64,000 nt of DNA from NCBI GenBank assembly GCA_040901985.1, contig JBBDYC010000003.1, positions 42,323 through 106,322 of the forward strand, written 5' to 3'. The translations under genes were made by a program, and so were the position numbers. Numbering within the stretch: the first letter of the stretch is position 1; each line of letters begins with the position of its first letter. Positions 1-9,569 of this stretch are shown piece after piece. Under the pieces are notes generated by a model. The model had not been told where the DNA came from. It saw only the letters and a program-made list of their open reading frames with translations, and ran no database searches. The stretch comes from Gemmatimonadaceae bacterium. Its GTDB lineage: Bacteria; Gemmatimonadota; Gemmatimonadetes; Gemmatimonadales; Gemmatimonadaceae.

Positions 1-74
1 ACCTCGAGCACGCGGTGGACGAGTGCGAGGACGTGGCGAACGTGCTCGAGAGCATCTCACTGAAAAACTCCTGA
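1..74 (+). CDS. C-terminal end of a DUF47/PhoU-like phosphate transport regulator (partial, begins before window)
   Basis: Frame from base 3 reads LEHAVDECEDVANVLESISLKNS-stop (TGA 72-74). This resembles a DUF47 C-terminus, and it lies directly before a PiT transporter. Confidence 0.75.
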   Translation, partial: LEHAVDECEDVANVLESISLKNS

Positions 75-76
75 CC

Positions 77-1108
77 GTGGTCTGGTACATCCTGGCGATC
101 GTCGCGGTCGCCTTCATCTTCGACTTCATCAACGGGTTCCACGACAGCGCGAACTCCATCGCGACGATCGTCGGGACGCGGGTGCTGTCGCCGCTGACGG
201 CTGTGGCCTGGGCGGCGACCTTCAACTTCACCGCCCTCTTCATCTTCGAGACGCGGGTCGCCAAGACGATCGGCACCGGGATGATCGAGCTCGCCCTCGT
301 GAACCCCGACGTGATCCTCGCCGCTCTCATCGGCGCGATCGCCTGGAACCTGATCACCTGGTACGTCGGCATCCCGTCGAGCTCGTCCCACGCGCTGATT
401 GGTGGCTACGGAGGTGCGGCGCTGGCCAAGGCCGGGTTCGCGGCACTGATCCTCCCCGGCTGGGTGAAGCCGATCCTCTTCATCATCCTCTCGCCGATGC
501 TCGGCATGCTCGCCGGCTGGTCGCTGATGGTCGGCACCAGTTGGCTCTTCCGGAAGGCGCGGCCGGCCACCGTCGAGCCGCTCTTCCGCGTCATGCAGAT
601 CACGAGTTCGGCGCTCTTCTCGCTTTCCCACGGCGCCAACGACGCCCAGAAGACCATGGGCATCATCGTGTCGCTCCTCGTCACCGCCCAGGCGTATTTC
701 ATCAATGAGACCGGTTTCCTGAACCACTTCTATCTTGCCAACGGCGACGAAATCCCGTTCTGGATCAAGCTCGGCGCGCACCTCGCCATCGCGCTCGGCA
801 CGTTGATGGGCGGCTGGCGGATCGTGCATACGCTGGGCTCGCGAGTGACCAAGCTGCGGCCGATCGGCGGCTTTTGCGCCGAGACCGGCGGTGCGTCGGC
901 GATCTTCCTCGCCACCGCGTTCGGGATCCCGGTCAGCACGACGCACTCCATCTCCGGCGCGATCGTCGGCGTCGGCGCCACGCACCGGCTTTCCGCCGTC
1001 CGTTGGGGACTCGCCGGACGGATGATCTGGGCCTGGGTGCTCACCATCCCGGCGTCGGCGACGGTCGCCGCACTCTCCTACTGGGCGGTCGCCGCCCTCC
1101 GCGGCTGA
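77..1108 (+). CDS. pit: PiT-family inorganic phosphate transporter
   Basis: GFHDSANSIAT and HGANDAQK signature motifs, PVSTTH and multiple TM helices. GTG start at 77 chosen because it follows the DUF47 stop. Confidence 0.93.
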   Translation: MVWYILAIVAVAFIFDFINGFHDSANSIATIVGTRVLSPLTAVAWAATFNFTALFIFETRVAKTIGTGMIELALVNPDVILAALIGAIAWNLITWYVGIPSSSSHALIGGYGGAALAKAGFAALILPGWVKPILFIILSPMLGMLAGWSLMVGTSWLFRKARPATVEPLFRVMQITSSALFSLSHGANDAQKTMGIIVSLLVTAQAYFINETGFLNHFYLANGDEIPFWIKLGAHLAIALGTLMGGWRIVHTLGSRVTKLRPIGGFCAETGGASAIFLATAFGIPVSTTHSISGAIVGVGATHRLSAVRWGLAGRMIWAWVLTIPASATVAALSYWAVAALRG

Positions 1109-1114
1109 CGACCG

Positions 1115-3304
1115 ATGTCTGACCTCGTCTCGAGGAACCCCGGCTACCTCAACCGCGAGCTCTCGTGGCTCGAGTTCAACGCGCGCGTCCTCCACGAGGC
1201 GGAGGACGAGCGGACGCCGCTCCTCGAGCGCCTCAAGTTCCTCGCGATCTTCGGGTCGAACCTCGACGAGTTCTATATGGTGCGCGTCGCCGGCCTGCGG
1301 CGGCAGCTCTCGGCGGGCGTGTTGCAGACGCCGGCCGACGGCCTCACCGCGGCCGAGCAGCTTGAGCTCGCCGACGTGCGCGTGCGCGCGCTCAGCGCCC
1401 GCGCCCGCGTCCTCCTCCACGACGTGCTCCTGCCGCGCCTCGCCGAGATCGGCGTGGACATCCTCCGCCCCGAGCAGCTGACCTCCGACGAGCGCGCTCG
1501 GGTGGACGATTTCTTCGACCAGCAGGCGTTCCCGGTGCTGACGCCGCTCGCGGTGGATCCGGGCCACCCGTTCCCCTACATCTCGAATCTCTCGCTCTCC
1601 CTCGCCGTCGAGCTGCGCGACCCCGAACGCGGCGAGGTGCGATTTGCCCGCGTGAAGGTGCCGAAGAGCCTCCCGCGGTGGGTCCCGACCGGCCGCCCGA
1701 ACGCCTTCGTCCCGCTCGAGGCGGTAATCGGCGCGCGGCTCGACGCGCTCTTCCCGGGGATGGAGGTGCTGGGCTGCTACACCTTCCGCATCACCCGCTA
1801 CTCCGACCTCGAGATTTCGCACACCGAGGAGCCGGAGGACCTGCTGGCGATGATCGAGGAGCAGCTCTTCCAGCGGCGCTTCGGCGAGGTGGTGCGCCTC
1901 GAGGTCGAGACCGGCACGCCCCACCACTTGCGGGCGCTGCTGCTCGACGAGCTCCGCGCCAGCGAGGCGCCGGAGATGGCGCCCCTCTCGGAGCGCGAGG
2001 TGTACGAGCCGGGCCCGCTGCTCGACGTGAGCGACCTGATGGTGCTCTCGGCGCTCGACTTCCCCGAGCACCGGGAGGTGCCGCTGATCCCGGTCGTTCC
2101 CCCCGAGCTCCGGGACACCACGCGCTCGATCTTCGACGTGATCCGCGAGCACGAGATCCTGCTTCACCACCCGTTCGACTCGTTCGGCGCGTCGGTCGAG
2201 ACGTTCATCGAGAGCGCGGCGCGCGACGAGCACGTGCTGGCCATCAAGATGACGCTCTACCGCACGTCGGGCGACGGCGCGATCGTCCAGGCGCTGACCG
2301 AGGCGGCACAGCGCGGCAAGCAGGTCGCCGTCCTGGTCGAGCTGCAGGCGCGGTTCGACGAGGTGAACAACATCGCCTGGGCGCGGACCCTCGAGTCGTT
2401 CGGCGTCCACGTCGTCTACGGCCTTCCGGGGCTGAAGACGCACACCAAGACCGCGCTCGTCGTGCGGCGCGAGGCCGACGGGATCCGCCGCTACGTGCAC
2501 ATCGGCACTGGCAACTACAACACGCGCACCGCGCGCCTCTACACCGACCTCGGACTCATCACCTGCGACGAGAGCATCGGGGCCGACATCAGCGACCTCT
2601 TCAACGCGCTCACCGGCTACTCGCGTCAGCGCGACTACCGGCGGCTCCTCGTGGCGCCGGTGAACATGCGCGAGCGCCTCCTCGCGCTCATTGACCGCGA
2701 GACCGCCCACGCGATGGCCGGCCGCCCCGGGCGCATCATCGCCAAGATGAACTCGCTGGTGGACGAGGAGTGCATCAACGCCCTCTACCGCGCGTCCACC
2801 GCCGGCGTCGAGGTGGACCTCGTCATCCGCGGCATCTGCTGCCTCCGCCCCGGCGTCGAGGGGATGTCCGAGCGGATCCGGGTCACCAGCATCATCGGCC
2901 GCTTCCTCGAGCACTCGCGCCTTTGGATGTTCGGCAACGACGGGGACCCCGAGTACTACTTCGGCTCGGCCGACTGGATGCCCCGCAACCTCGACCGGCG
3001 CGTCGAGGTCGTCACCCCGGTGGAGAACGCGACCTTCAAGGAGCGTCTGCAGTCGGTGCTCGAGATCTGCCTCGCCGACAACCGCCAGGCGTGGGAGCTC
3101 CGGCCGGACGGGAGCTACGTCCAGCGCGACCCGGGCGAGCGCGGCGAGCGCGCCACCCACCGGATGCTCCTCCGCGACTCGTGGGGCGCCAGCCGCGAGA
3201 GCGGCGCCTACTCGATTCAGGCGAGCCCGCTGCGGAGGGACGCCGCAAAGGCGCCCGGCAGGCCGCCCTCCTCGACCGCCGAGCACGCCGCGTTCAAGTC
3301 GTAG
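1115..3304 (+). CDS. ppk1: Polyphosphate kinase 1
   Basis: NRELSWLEFNARV, SNLDEFYMVRVAG, LLHHPF, LKTHTK, GRFLEHSR and SADWMPRNLDRRVE motifs. Confidence 0.97.
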   Translation: MSDLVSRNPGYLNRELSWLEFNARVLHEAEDERTPLLERLKFLAIFGSNLDEFYMVRVAGLRRQLSAGVLQTPADGLTAAEQLELADVRVRALSARARVLLHDVLLPRLAEIGVDILRPEQLTSDERARVDDFFDQQAFPVLTPLAVDPGHPFPYISNLSLSLAVELRDPERGEVRFARVKVPKSLPRWVPTGRPNAFVPLEAVIGARLDALFPGMEVLGCYTFRITRYSDLEISHTEEPEDLLAMIEEQLFQRRFGEVVRLEVETGTPHHLRALLLDELRASEAPEMAPLSEREVYEPGPLLDVSDLMVLSALDFPEHREVPLIPVVPPELRDTTRSIFDVIREHEILLHHPFDSFGASVETFIESAARDEHVLAIKMTLYRTSGDGAIVQALTEAAQRGKQVAVLVELQARFDEVNNIAWARTLESFGVHVVYGLPGLKTHTKTALVVRREADGIRRYVHIGTGNYNTRTARLYTDLGLITCDESIGADISDLFNALTGYSRQRDYRRLLVAPVNMRERLLALIDRETAHAMAGRPGRIIAKMNSLVDEECINALYRASTAGVEVDLVIRGICCLRPGVEGMSERIRVTSIIGRFLEHSRLWMFGNDGDPEYYFGSADWMPRNLDRRVEVVTPVENATFKERLQSVLEICLADNRQAWELRPDGSYVQRDPGERGERATHRMLLRDSWGASRESGAYSIQASPLRRDAAKAPGRPPSSTAEHAAFKS

Positions 3305-3972
3305 GGCACCCGCACCTGGTCCACCCGCGGCGCGCCCTCGCCGAGCGTGAGCAGCGCGTACCCGGCACGCGGGTCGCCGTCCTTCGGCCGGCCCACCGAG
3401 CCGGTGTTCACGAAGAGCACGCCGTCCACCGTCCGGTGCCACGGCTTGTGCGTGTGGCCGAACGCAATCACGTCGCCGTCGCCGGCGCCCGCAGCGGCCG
3501 CCATCTTCCGCAGAAAATCGTCCGACCGGTCCTCGGTCACGTACACCAGGTTGTTCTGCGGCGTCGCGTGGAGGAGGATCACCGTCGGGCCGGCCACGTG
3601 CCCGCCGAGCGGGCGCAACTCGAGCCGGAACGGCAGCGCGGCCAGCGCCGCGCGCGTGGCCTCGGTCACGTGGGCAAGCGTCCAGGTGAAGCTCTCGTGC
3701 GCCAGGGCCTCCTGCTCCGCATTCTCCGAGCGGCACCCGCAGTGCTTGTAGCGATGCGCGACGGTGGAATCGTAGTTGCCCGCCACGCCAGGAATTCCCT
3801 CGGCAACGAGCCGCGCGACAACCTCGTTGGGAAAGGCGTGGTAGCCGACGAGGTCGCCGAGGTGGTAGCGGCCGGCGATGTCCGGCCGGCGCGCGATGTC
3901 GGCGAGCACGGCGTCGAGCGCGTGGAGGTTCGCGTGGACGTCGGAGAGGAGGGCGAGCCGCACGGCGGCCAT
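3217..3972 (-). CDS. Calcineurin-like metallophosphoesterase, arsenic-cassette associated
   Basis: From ATG 3972: SDVHAN, LGDLVGY, GNYD, HCGC, GHTHKP and NTGSVGRPKDGDPRA. Start overlaps the arsR stop (TGATG). Confidence 0.85.
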   Translation of the reverse strand: MAAVRLALLSDVHANLHALDAVLADIARRPDIAGRYHLGDLVGYHAFPNEVVARLVAEGIPGVAGNYDSTVAHRYKHCGCRSENAEQEALAHESFTWTLAHVTEATRAALAALPFRLELRPLGGHVAGPTVILLHATPQNNLVYVTEDRSDDFLRKMAAAAGAGDGDVIAFGHTHKPWHRTVDGVLFVNTGSVGRPKDGDPRAGYALLTLGEGAPRVDQVRVPYDLNAACSAVEEGGLPGAFAASLRSGLA

Positions 3973-4355
3973 CAGCAGGGCGCCGTGCGCCGGCGGCCGG
4001 CGGCGGTGGCGGCGGCGGCGCGGGCCCGCCGCAGCGTGGTGTCGGCGCCGGCGAGCCGCTTGAGGAGGGCGTCGAGTTGGTGCTGCGCCGCGGCGGGGAG
4101 GCGGGCGAGCCGATAGTACGCGAACGTGCCGCGGCGCTCGACGGTGACGAGCGCCGCGCGGCGGAGCCGCGCGAGATGGCGCGACACGAAGGGTTGCGAG
4201 AGGCCCGTGAGCGCCACGAGGTCGCAGACGCAGAGTTCGCCGCCGGCGAGGAGGTTGAGCAGGCGGAGCCGCGCCGGGTCGGCGCAGGCCTCGTGCAGGC
4301 CGGCGATCGCGAGGAGCGCCGATCGCGCGGCTGGCGGCAGGGCGGTCGCGGGCAT
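3972..4355 (-). CDS. arsR: ArsR/SmtB-family As(III)-responsive repressor
   Basis: ADPARLRLL, ELCVCDL (alpha3 As-binding motif) and SQPFVSRHLARL wHTH. Divergent from acr3. Confidence 0.9.
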   Translation of the reverse strand: MPATALPPAARSALLAIAGLHEACADPARLRLLNLLAGGELCVCDLVALTGLSQPFVSRHLARLRRAALVTVERRGTFAYYRLARLPAAAQHQLDALLKRLAGADTTLRRARAAAATAAGRRRTAPC

Positions 4356-4371
4356 ATATATGATATACCAT
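4356..4371. promoter_or_regulatory. 16-bp AT-rich divergent promoter/operator between arsR and acr3
   Basis: Sequence ATATATGATATACCAT. TATGAT (4359-4364) lies 7 nt before the acr3 ATG. Palindrome CATATATATG at 4353-4362. Confidence 0.65.
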
Positions 4372-5475
4372 ATGCAAGATGCGTTGCGCCAGCCCCCGCC
4401 GCCCGTGGCCCCCGTGACCGCCCCGATCCTCGCGCGGCTCGGCGCCCTCGATCGCTTCCTCCCCCTCTGGATCTTCGCCGCGATGGTGCTCGGCCTCGGC
4501 CTCGGACGCGCCTGGCCCGGACTCGGCGCCGCGCTCGACGCCGTGCAGGTCGCCGGCGTTTCGGTCCCGATCGCCGTCGGCCTGCTCTGGATGATGTATC
4601 CGGTGCTCGCCAAGGTCCGCTACGAGAGCATCGGCCGCCACGCCGCCAACCCGCGGCTGCTCGGCACCTCGCTGTTCCTGAACTGGGTGGTCGGGCCGCT
4701 GGTGATGTTCGGCCTCGCCTGGCTCTTCCTGCCCGACCTCCCGGAGTACCGCAACGGGCTGATCCTGATCGGGCTCGCGCGCTGCATCGCGATGGTCCTC
4801 ATCTGGAACACGCTCGCCTGCGGCTCGAACGAACTCGCCGCCGTGCTGGTGGCGCTCAACTCGGTCTTCCAGATCCTGACCTACTCGCTCCTCGGGTACC
4901 TCTTCCTCGCCGTGATCCCGGGGTGGCTCGGCGCCGAGACCGCGGCGCTCGACGTCTCGATGGGCGAGATCGCCAAGAGCGTGGCAATCTTCCTCGGGAT
5001 TCCGCTCTTCGCCGGCTGGCTCACGCGACGCACGCTCGTCCGCCGGCGCGGCGCGGCCTGGTACGACGGAGTCTTCATTCCGCGCATTGCGCCGACCGCG
5101 CTCATCGGCCTGCTCTACACGATCGTCCTGATGTTCGCGATGCAGGGGGACCGGATCCTCGCCTCGCCGTTCGACGTGCTGCGGATCGCGCTGCCGATGG
5201 TCGTCTACTTCGGCCTGATGTTCGCGCTGGCCTTCGCCCTCTCCCGGCGCCTCGGGTTCGACTACCCGACGACGGCGGCACTCTCGTTCACGGCGGCCGG
5301 CAACAACTTCGAGCTCGCCATCGCAGTGGCCATCGGCACGTTCGGGATCGCCTCCGGCGAGGCGCTGGCGGCGGTGGTGGGCCCACTGATCGAGGTGCCG
5401 GTGCTGGTCGCCCTCGTCTACGTCTCGCTCTGGGCGCAGCGGCGCTACTTCCCGGCGGCGGCCGTCGCGGCGTAG
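4372..5475 (+). CDS. acr3: Acr3-family arsenite efflux transporter
   Basis: LDRFLPLWI, MMYPVLAKV, GLARCIAMV (conserved Cys), AGNNFELAIAVA and GPLIEVPVL. Confidence 0.95.
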   Translation: MQDALRQPPPPVAPVTAPILARLGALDRFLPLWIFAAMVLGLGLGRAWPGLGAALDAVQVAGVSVPIAVGLLWMMYPVLAKVRYESIGRHAANPRLLGTSLFLNWVVGPLVMFGLAWLFLPDLPEYRNGLILIGLARCIAMVLIWNTLACGSNELAAVLVALNSVFQILTYSLLGYLFLAVIPGWLGAETAALDVSMGEIAKSVAIFLGIPLFAGWLTRRTLVRRRGAAWYDGVFIPRIAPTALIGLLYTIVLMFAMQGDRILASPFDVLRIALPMVVYFGLMFALAFALSRRLGFDYPTTAALSFTAAGNNFELAIAVAIGTFGIASGEALAAVVGPLIEVPVLVALVYVSLWAQRRYFPAAAVAA

Positions 5476-7047
5476 TCAGTCCGTGTCGTCGTCTCCGTCG
5501 TCCGGCGTGTACACCTCGCCGCTGGGCGCGACCACCTCGACCGGCACGTCGGCCATCTCGGCAAGGAGCGCCGCCTTGCGGCTGGCGCCCCAGAGTTCGA
5601 GTCGCAGCACCCCGTTGGCCCGGCGCGCCACCGGGGTCAGCCGGAGCGCGCGCTCAAGCCAACGCACCTTGATCCGGTCCACCGCGTTGACGTGGCCGCG
5701 GTCGAACCCGTCGGCCACGCGCAGGATCGCGCTGAGGCGGCGGATGCGCTCGCGGGTGCCGCGGTCGAGCGCCCAGAACGCTTCGTGCCGGCGCGCCGGC
5801 TCGGCGCCGCGGTGATACCGCGCCACGTGCGCGATCACCAACTGCTCGTCCGGCGCGATTCCCAGCAGGTCGGCGTGCTGGATGAGATGGAACGAGTGCT
5901 TGTGGTGTCCCTGATAGTTGATGTGGTAGCCCACATCGTGGAGGAGCGCCGCGTCGGCGAGGGTCGCGCGGTCGGCCGGCGCACAGCCAATCCGCGCGCC
6001 GATCGCGTCGAACAGCTGCAGCGCGAGCCGCTGGACCGTCCTCGCGTGGCCCTCCTCGTAGTGGCAGCGTTCGGCGAACGCGACGACTGAGCGCTGGCGC
6101 GCCTCGCCGGGGTCGGCGATCACCGGCATCACGCGCGCCGTCTCGAGCAGGAGTCCCTCGCGGATCCCGAATGCCGACGCCGACACCTCGCGCGGCTCGA
6201 CTCGCGCCAGCACCTCCGCCACCACGGCGAGTCCGGCGACGATGATGTCGGCGCGTCCGGGGTTGAGCCCCTCGACGTCGAGCCGCTCGGCCGGCGTCAG
6301 CGCCGCGAGCTGCTCGAGGATGTGCTCCAGGTCGTGGCGCGGGATCCGCGTCCCGTGCACGCTGCGGACGCGGATCCCCTGCCGTGCGAGATGCATCCCC
6401 GCGAGGTTAGTGAAGGTGCCGCCCGACCCGATGACCTCGGCGCCGCGCCAGTCGCGGACCGGGAGCGACTTGCGGATGGCGCCGCGGACGTGCTTGCGGA
6501 GCTTCTTCACGCCCTTCGGGATGCTGCGGTCGGTGAGGAAGCGCTCGGTCAGCCGGATGGCGCCGAACGGGAACGAGAGGAGGCGTTCGACGAGTCCCTC
6601 GGCGACGAGCGCGAGCTCGAGCGATCCGCCGCCGATGTCCATCACTACCGAGCGCCCGACGCCGAGTTCGAAGTGGGCGAGCGCCGAGCGGTAGGCGAGC
6701 CGCGCCTCCTCCTCGCCGGCGAGGAGCCGCACGCGCACGCCGGCCTCGCGGCGGAGCCGCGTGAGGAACACCCCGCCGTTGGCGGCGTCGCGCACGGCGC
6801 TCGTGGCGACGACCTCGATCCGCTTGGCGCCAAGCTGGCGCGCAAGGTCGGCCATCCGCGCGACCGCCTCGACCGCCTCGCCCATCCGCTCCTCGTCGAG
6901 CGCGCCGGCCTCGGCGAGTCCGGCGCCGAGGCGCGGCGCGGCCTTCATCTCGTCCACCACGCGGATCGCGCCCTCGGGCGAGATGTCGGCGACGATCTGG
7001 CGGATCGAGTTGGAGCCGATGTCGATCGCGGCGATCCGCTGGTCCAT
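5476..7047 (-). CDS. ppx: Ppx/GppA exopolyphosphatase with C-terminal HD domain
   Basis: AAIDIGSNSIR, ATSAVRDAANG, DIGGGSLE, GIREG, LLHDVG and ADGFDR. Confidence 0.93.
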   Translation of the reverse strand: MDQRIAAIDIGSNSIRQIVADISPEGAIRVVDEMKAAPRLGAGLAEAGALDEERMGEAVEAVARMADLARQLGAKRIEVVATSAVRDAANGGVFLTRLRREAGVRVRLLAGEEEARLAYRSALAHFELGVGRSVVMDIGGGSLELALVAEGLVERLLSFPFGAIRLTERFLTDRSIPKGVKKLRKHVRGAIRKSLPVRDWRGAEVIGSGGTFTNLAGMHLARQGIRVRSVHGTRIPRHDLEHILEQLAALTPAERLDVEGLNPGRADIIVAGLAVVAEVLARVEPREVSASAFGIREGLLLETARVMPVIADPGEARQRSVVAFAERCHYEEGHARTVQRLALQLFDAIGARIGCAPADRATLADAALLHDVGYHINYQGHHKHSFHLIQHADLLGIAPDEQLVIAHVARYHRGAEPARRHEAFWALDRGTRERIRRLSAILRVADGFDRGHVNAVDRIKVRWLERALRLTPVARRANGVLRLELWGASRKAALLAEMADVPVEVVAPSGEVYTPDDGDDDTD

Positions 7048-7140
7048 TGGCGGGAGAGAGGGACGTGACTCTCCCGAAGTTGGGTGATCGCCCGGGGCAG
7101 GGCAACGGGCGAGCGCCGCAGACGGTTCCCCGCCTGCCCC

Positions 7141-8856
7141 CTACGCCCGGTCGCCTGGGAAGTACGCCGTCATCGTCGTGCCGACATCCACTTCCGACGA
7201 CGCGCGGATGCGCCCCCCGTGGGCCTCGACCAGATGCTTGACGATCGCGAGGCCGAGGCCGGTACCGCCCTCGCCGCGCGCGCGGCCCGAATCCACGCGG
7301 TAGAACCGCTCGAAGAGGCGCGGCAGGTGCTCGACGGCAATCCCCGTGCCGGTGTCCCGCACGCCCACCACCGTTCCGCGGTCGCGGCGCTCCGAGAACA
7401 GGGTCACGCTCCCGCGCGACGTATGGCGCACGGCGTTGTCCACGAGGTTGCCGAGCACCTGGCGCAGCGCGGTCGCGTCGGCATACACGGTGCGCGCGTC
7501 GGGCGCGACCTCGCTCGCCAGCGCCAAGCCCTTGGCGACCGCCGCGTCGCGCGCCGCCGCCATCACCTCAGCGGTCATCGCCGTGAGATCCACCTGCTGC
7601 GGATTGGGCACCCACCCCCCCGACTCGATCCGCGAGAGGTCGAGCAGGTCGTCCACGATCCGCTGCATACGGCGCGTGTTGCCGAGGATCCGCTCGGCGA
7701 ACAGGCGCTGGGCGTCCCCCGGGACGTCGCCTTCGGCCAGCGTCTCGGCGAATCCGCCGATGATCGTCAGCGGCGTGCGCAGCTCGTGCGACACGTTCGC
7801 CACGAAGTCCCGGCGCACGCCCTCGAGTCGCCGCACGCGGGTGAGGTCGAACAGCGCCAGCACGGCGCCGCCCCCGGTGAGCGGGCGCGCGGTCACGTTG
7901 AGCGTGCGGCCGGCCACCACCAGTTCGGCCCCCTCGGTGGTCGCGCCGGCAAAGGCGTCGTCGAGCGCGTCGCGCAGCGCCACGTCGCGCGGCAACTCCT
8001 CGGCCGGGAAGGGGAGTGGCGCGCGCGTCCCGAGCAGGCGCCGCGCCGTCTCGTTGATCCGCACGACCCGCCGCCGCGTGTCCACGGCGATCACGCCCTC
8101 GTTGAGCGACTCGGTCAGCTGCCGGAGGATCGTCTCTTCCGTCTCGAGCGCCTGCAGGCGCGCGGACAGCTGCTCGGCAAGGCGGCGGAGTGCGACCGCA
8201 AGTTCGCCGACCTCGGCCGGCGCGTCGAGCGTCGGCCGCCGGTTCAGGTCGCCGTCGGCGATTGCTTGGGCGACGTCGCGCAGCTCCGCGATCGGGCGGG
8301 AGACCGTGCGCGAGAAGAGCCAGGCGATCGCGAGCGCGCCAAGGAGCGCCAGCAGCGAGGCGCCGAGCACGTCGCGCCGCGCGTCCCCGGTCATGGCGTC
8401 GAGGCTCCGCGTCGGGAGCGAGACCCGCGCCACGCCGCGCCCGGGCACGACGGTCGCCACGTACAGCTCGAGGTCGCCGGTGGACGGCGAGGGGCGCCGC
8501 GCCGATCCTGATGCCCCCGTTGCCAGCGCCTCGGCGACCTCGGGACGCGATAGATGGTTCTGCAGCGCGGCGAGGGCATCGCCGTCGAACTCCGAATCGC
8601 CGACCACCACGCCGTCCGGCGCCACCAACGTCACCCGCCGGCCGAGCGCCGCCCCGATCCGGTCGGCGAGGGAATCAGGAAACGCGCCGTCGCGCGACCA
8701 CAGCACGCCCGCCAACTGCGCCTCGCGCGTGAGGTACCCGACGGCATCCGCGCGCAACCGGTCGCGCAGTTCGCGATTCCCGACCGTGACGATGAAGACA
8801 GCGAGGAACCCCACGACGATCAGGGCGCCGAGGAGGAGGCGTTGCGTCAGTCTCAC
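7141..8856 (-). CDS. phoR: PhoR-like sensor histidine kinase (TM-HAMP-PAS-HisKA-HATPase)
   Basis: RRDFVANVSHELRTPLT, NLVDNA and RLFERFYRVD..R..GGTGLGLAIVKH. Adjacent to phoB and ppx. Confidence 0.88.
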   Translation of the reverse strand: MRLTQRLLLGALIVVGFLAVFIVTVGNRELRDRLRADAVGYLTREAQLAGVLWSRDGAFPDSLADRIGAALGRRVTLVAPDGVVVGDSEFDGDALAALQNHLSRPEVAEALATGASGSARRPSPSTGDLELYVATVVPGRGVARVSLPTRSLDAMTGDARRDVLGASLLALLGALAIAWLFSRTVSRPIAELRDVAQAIADGDLNRRPTLDAPAEVGELAVALRRLAEQLSARLQALETEETILRQLTESLNEGVIAVDTRRRVVRINETARRLLGTRAPLPFPAEELPRDVALRDALDDAFAGATTEGAELVVAGRTLNVTARPLTGGGAVLALFDLTRVRRLEGVRRDFVANVSHELRTPLTIIGGFAETLAEGDVPGDAQRLFAERILGNTRRMQRIVDDLLDLSRIESGGWVPNPQQVDLTAMTAEVMAAARDAAVAKGLALASEVAPDARTVYADATALRQVLGNLVDNAVRHTSRGSVTLFSERRDRGTVVGVRDTGTGIAVEHLPRLFERFYRVDSGRARGEGGTGLGLAIVKHLVEAHGGRIRASSEVDVGTTMTAYFPGDRA

Positions 8857-9569
8857 TTGGCGCGGTCGCTCGGCGCCTTGAGCCGGTAGCCGAAGCCCCG
8901 AACCGTCTCGATCAGGTCGCCGGCCGGGTGCAGCTTGGTCCGCAGCCGCTGGACGTGCATATCCACCGTCCGCGTCTGGATGTCGGGCGCGGCGGCCCAG
9001 ACCGTCTCGAGCAGGTGCCCCCGCGCCTGGACCCGGCCGCGGCGCTCGGCCAGGGTGAGCAGGAGCTTGAACTCGGTCGGCGTCAGCTCGATCTCGTGGT
9101 CGTTCACCGTCACGCGATGCGCCGTCCGGTCCACCCGGATCGGCCCGATCTGGAGCACGTCGCCCTGCTCAGCGGCCGTCGAGACCCGCCGGAGAATGGC
9201 GCCGACCCGCAGTACCAACTCTTGGGGGCTGAACGGCTTGGTGAGGTAGTCGTCGGCGCCCAGCTCGAGCCCCTTGATGCGATCGGGCTCCTCCTTCCGC
9301 GCCGTGAGCATCAGGACGGCGAGCTTCGCCGTCGCGGCGTCGTCGCGGAGCTTGGCGAGGACCTCGAACCCCGACATCCCGGGCAGCATCAGGTCGAGGA
9401 CAACCAATGATGGCGGGTCGCGCCTGGCGAGGGCGAGCGCGTCGGGGCCCGACGAGGCCGACGAGACGCGGTAGCCGGCCTTCGCGAGGTGGTAGACGAC
9501 CAGGGCGACGATGTCGGGCTCGTCGTCCACGACGAGGATCCGCTCGGCGTCGGCGGCGCGTTGCTTCAC
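8853..9569 (-). CDS. phoB: PhoB/OmpR-family response regulator
   Basis: ILVVDDE, LDLMLPG, GADDYLTKPFS, TRTVDMHVQRLRTKL and ETVRGFGY. 4-bp overlaps with both neighbours. Confidence 0.88.
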   Translation of the reverse strand: MKQRAADAERILVVDDEPDIVALVVYHLAKAGYRVSSASSGPDALALARRDPPSLVVLDLMLPGMSGFEVLAKLRDDAATAKLAVLMLTARKEEPDRIKGLELGADDYLTKPFSPQELVLRVGAILRRVSTAAEQGDVLQIGPIRVDRTAHRVTVNDHEIELTPTEFKLLLTLAERRGRVQARGHLLETVWAAAPDIQTRTVDMHVQRLRTKLHPAGDLIETVRGFGYRLKAPSDRAK

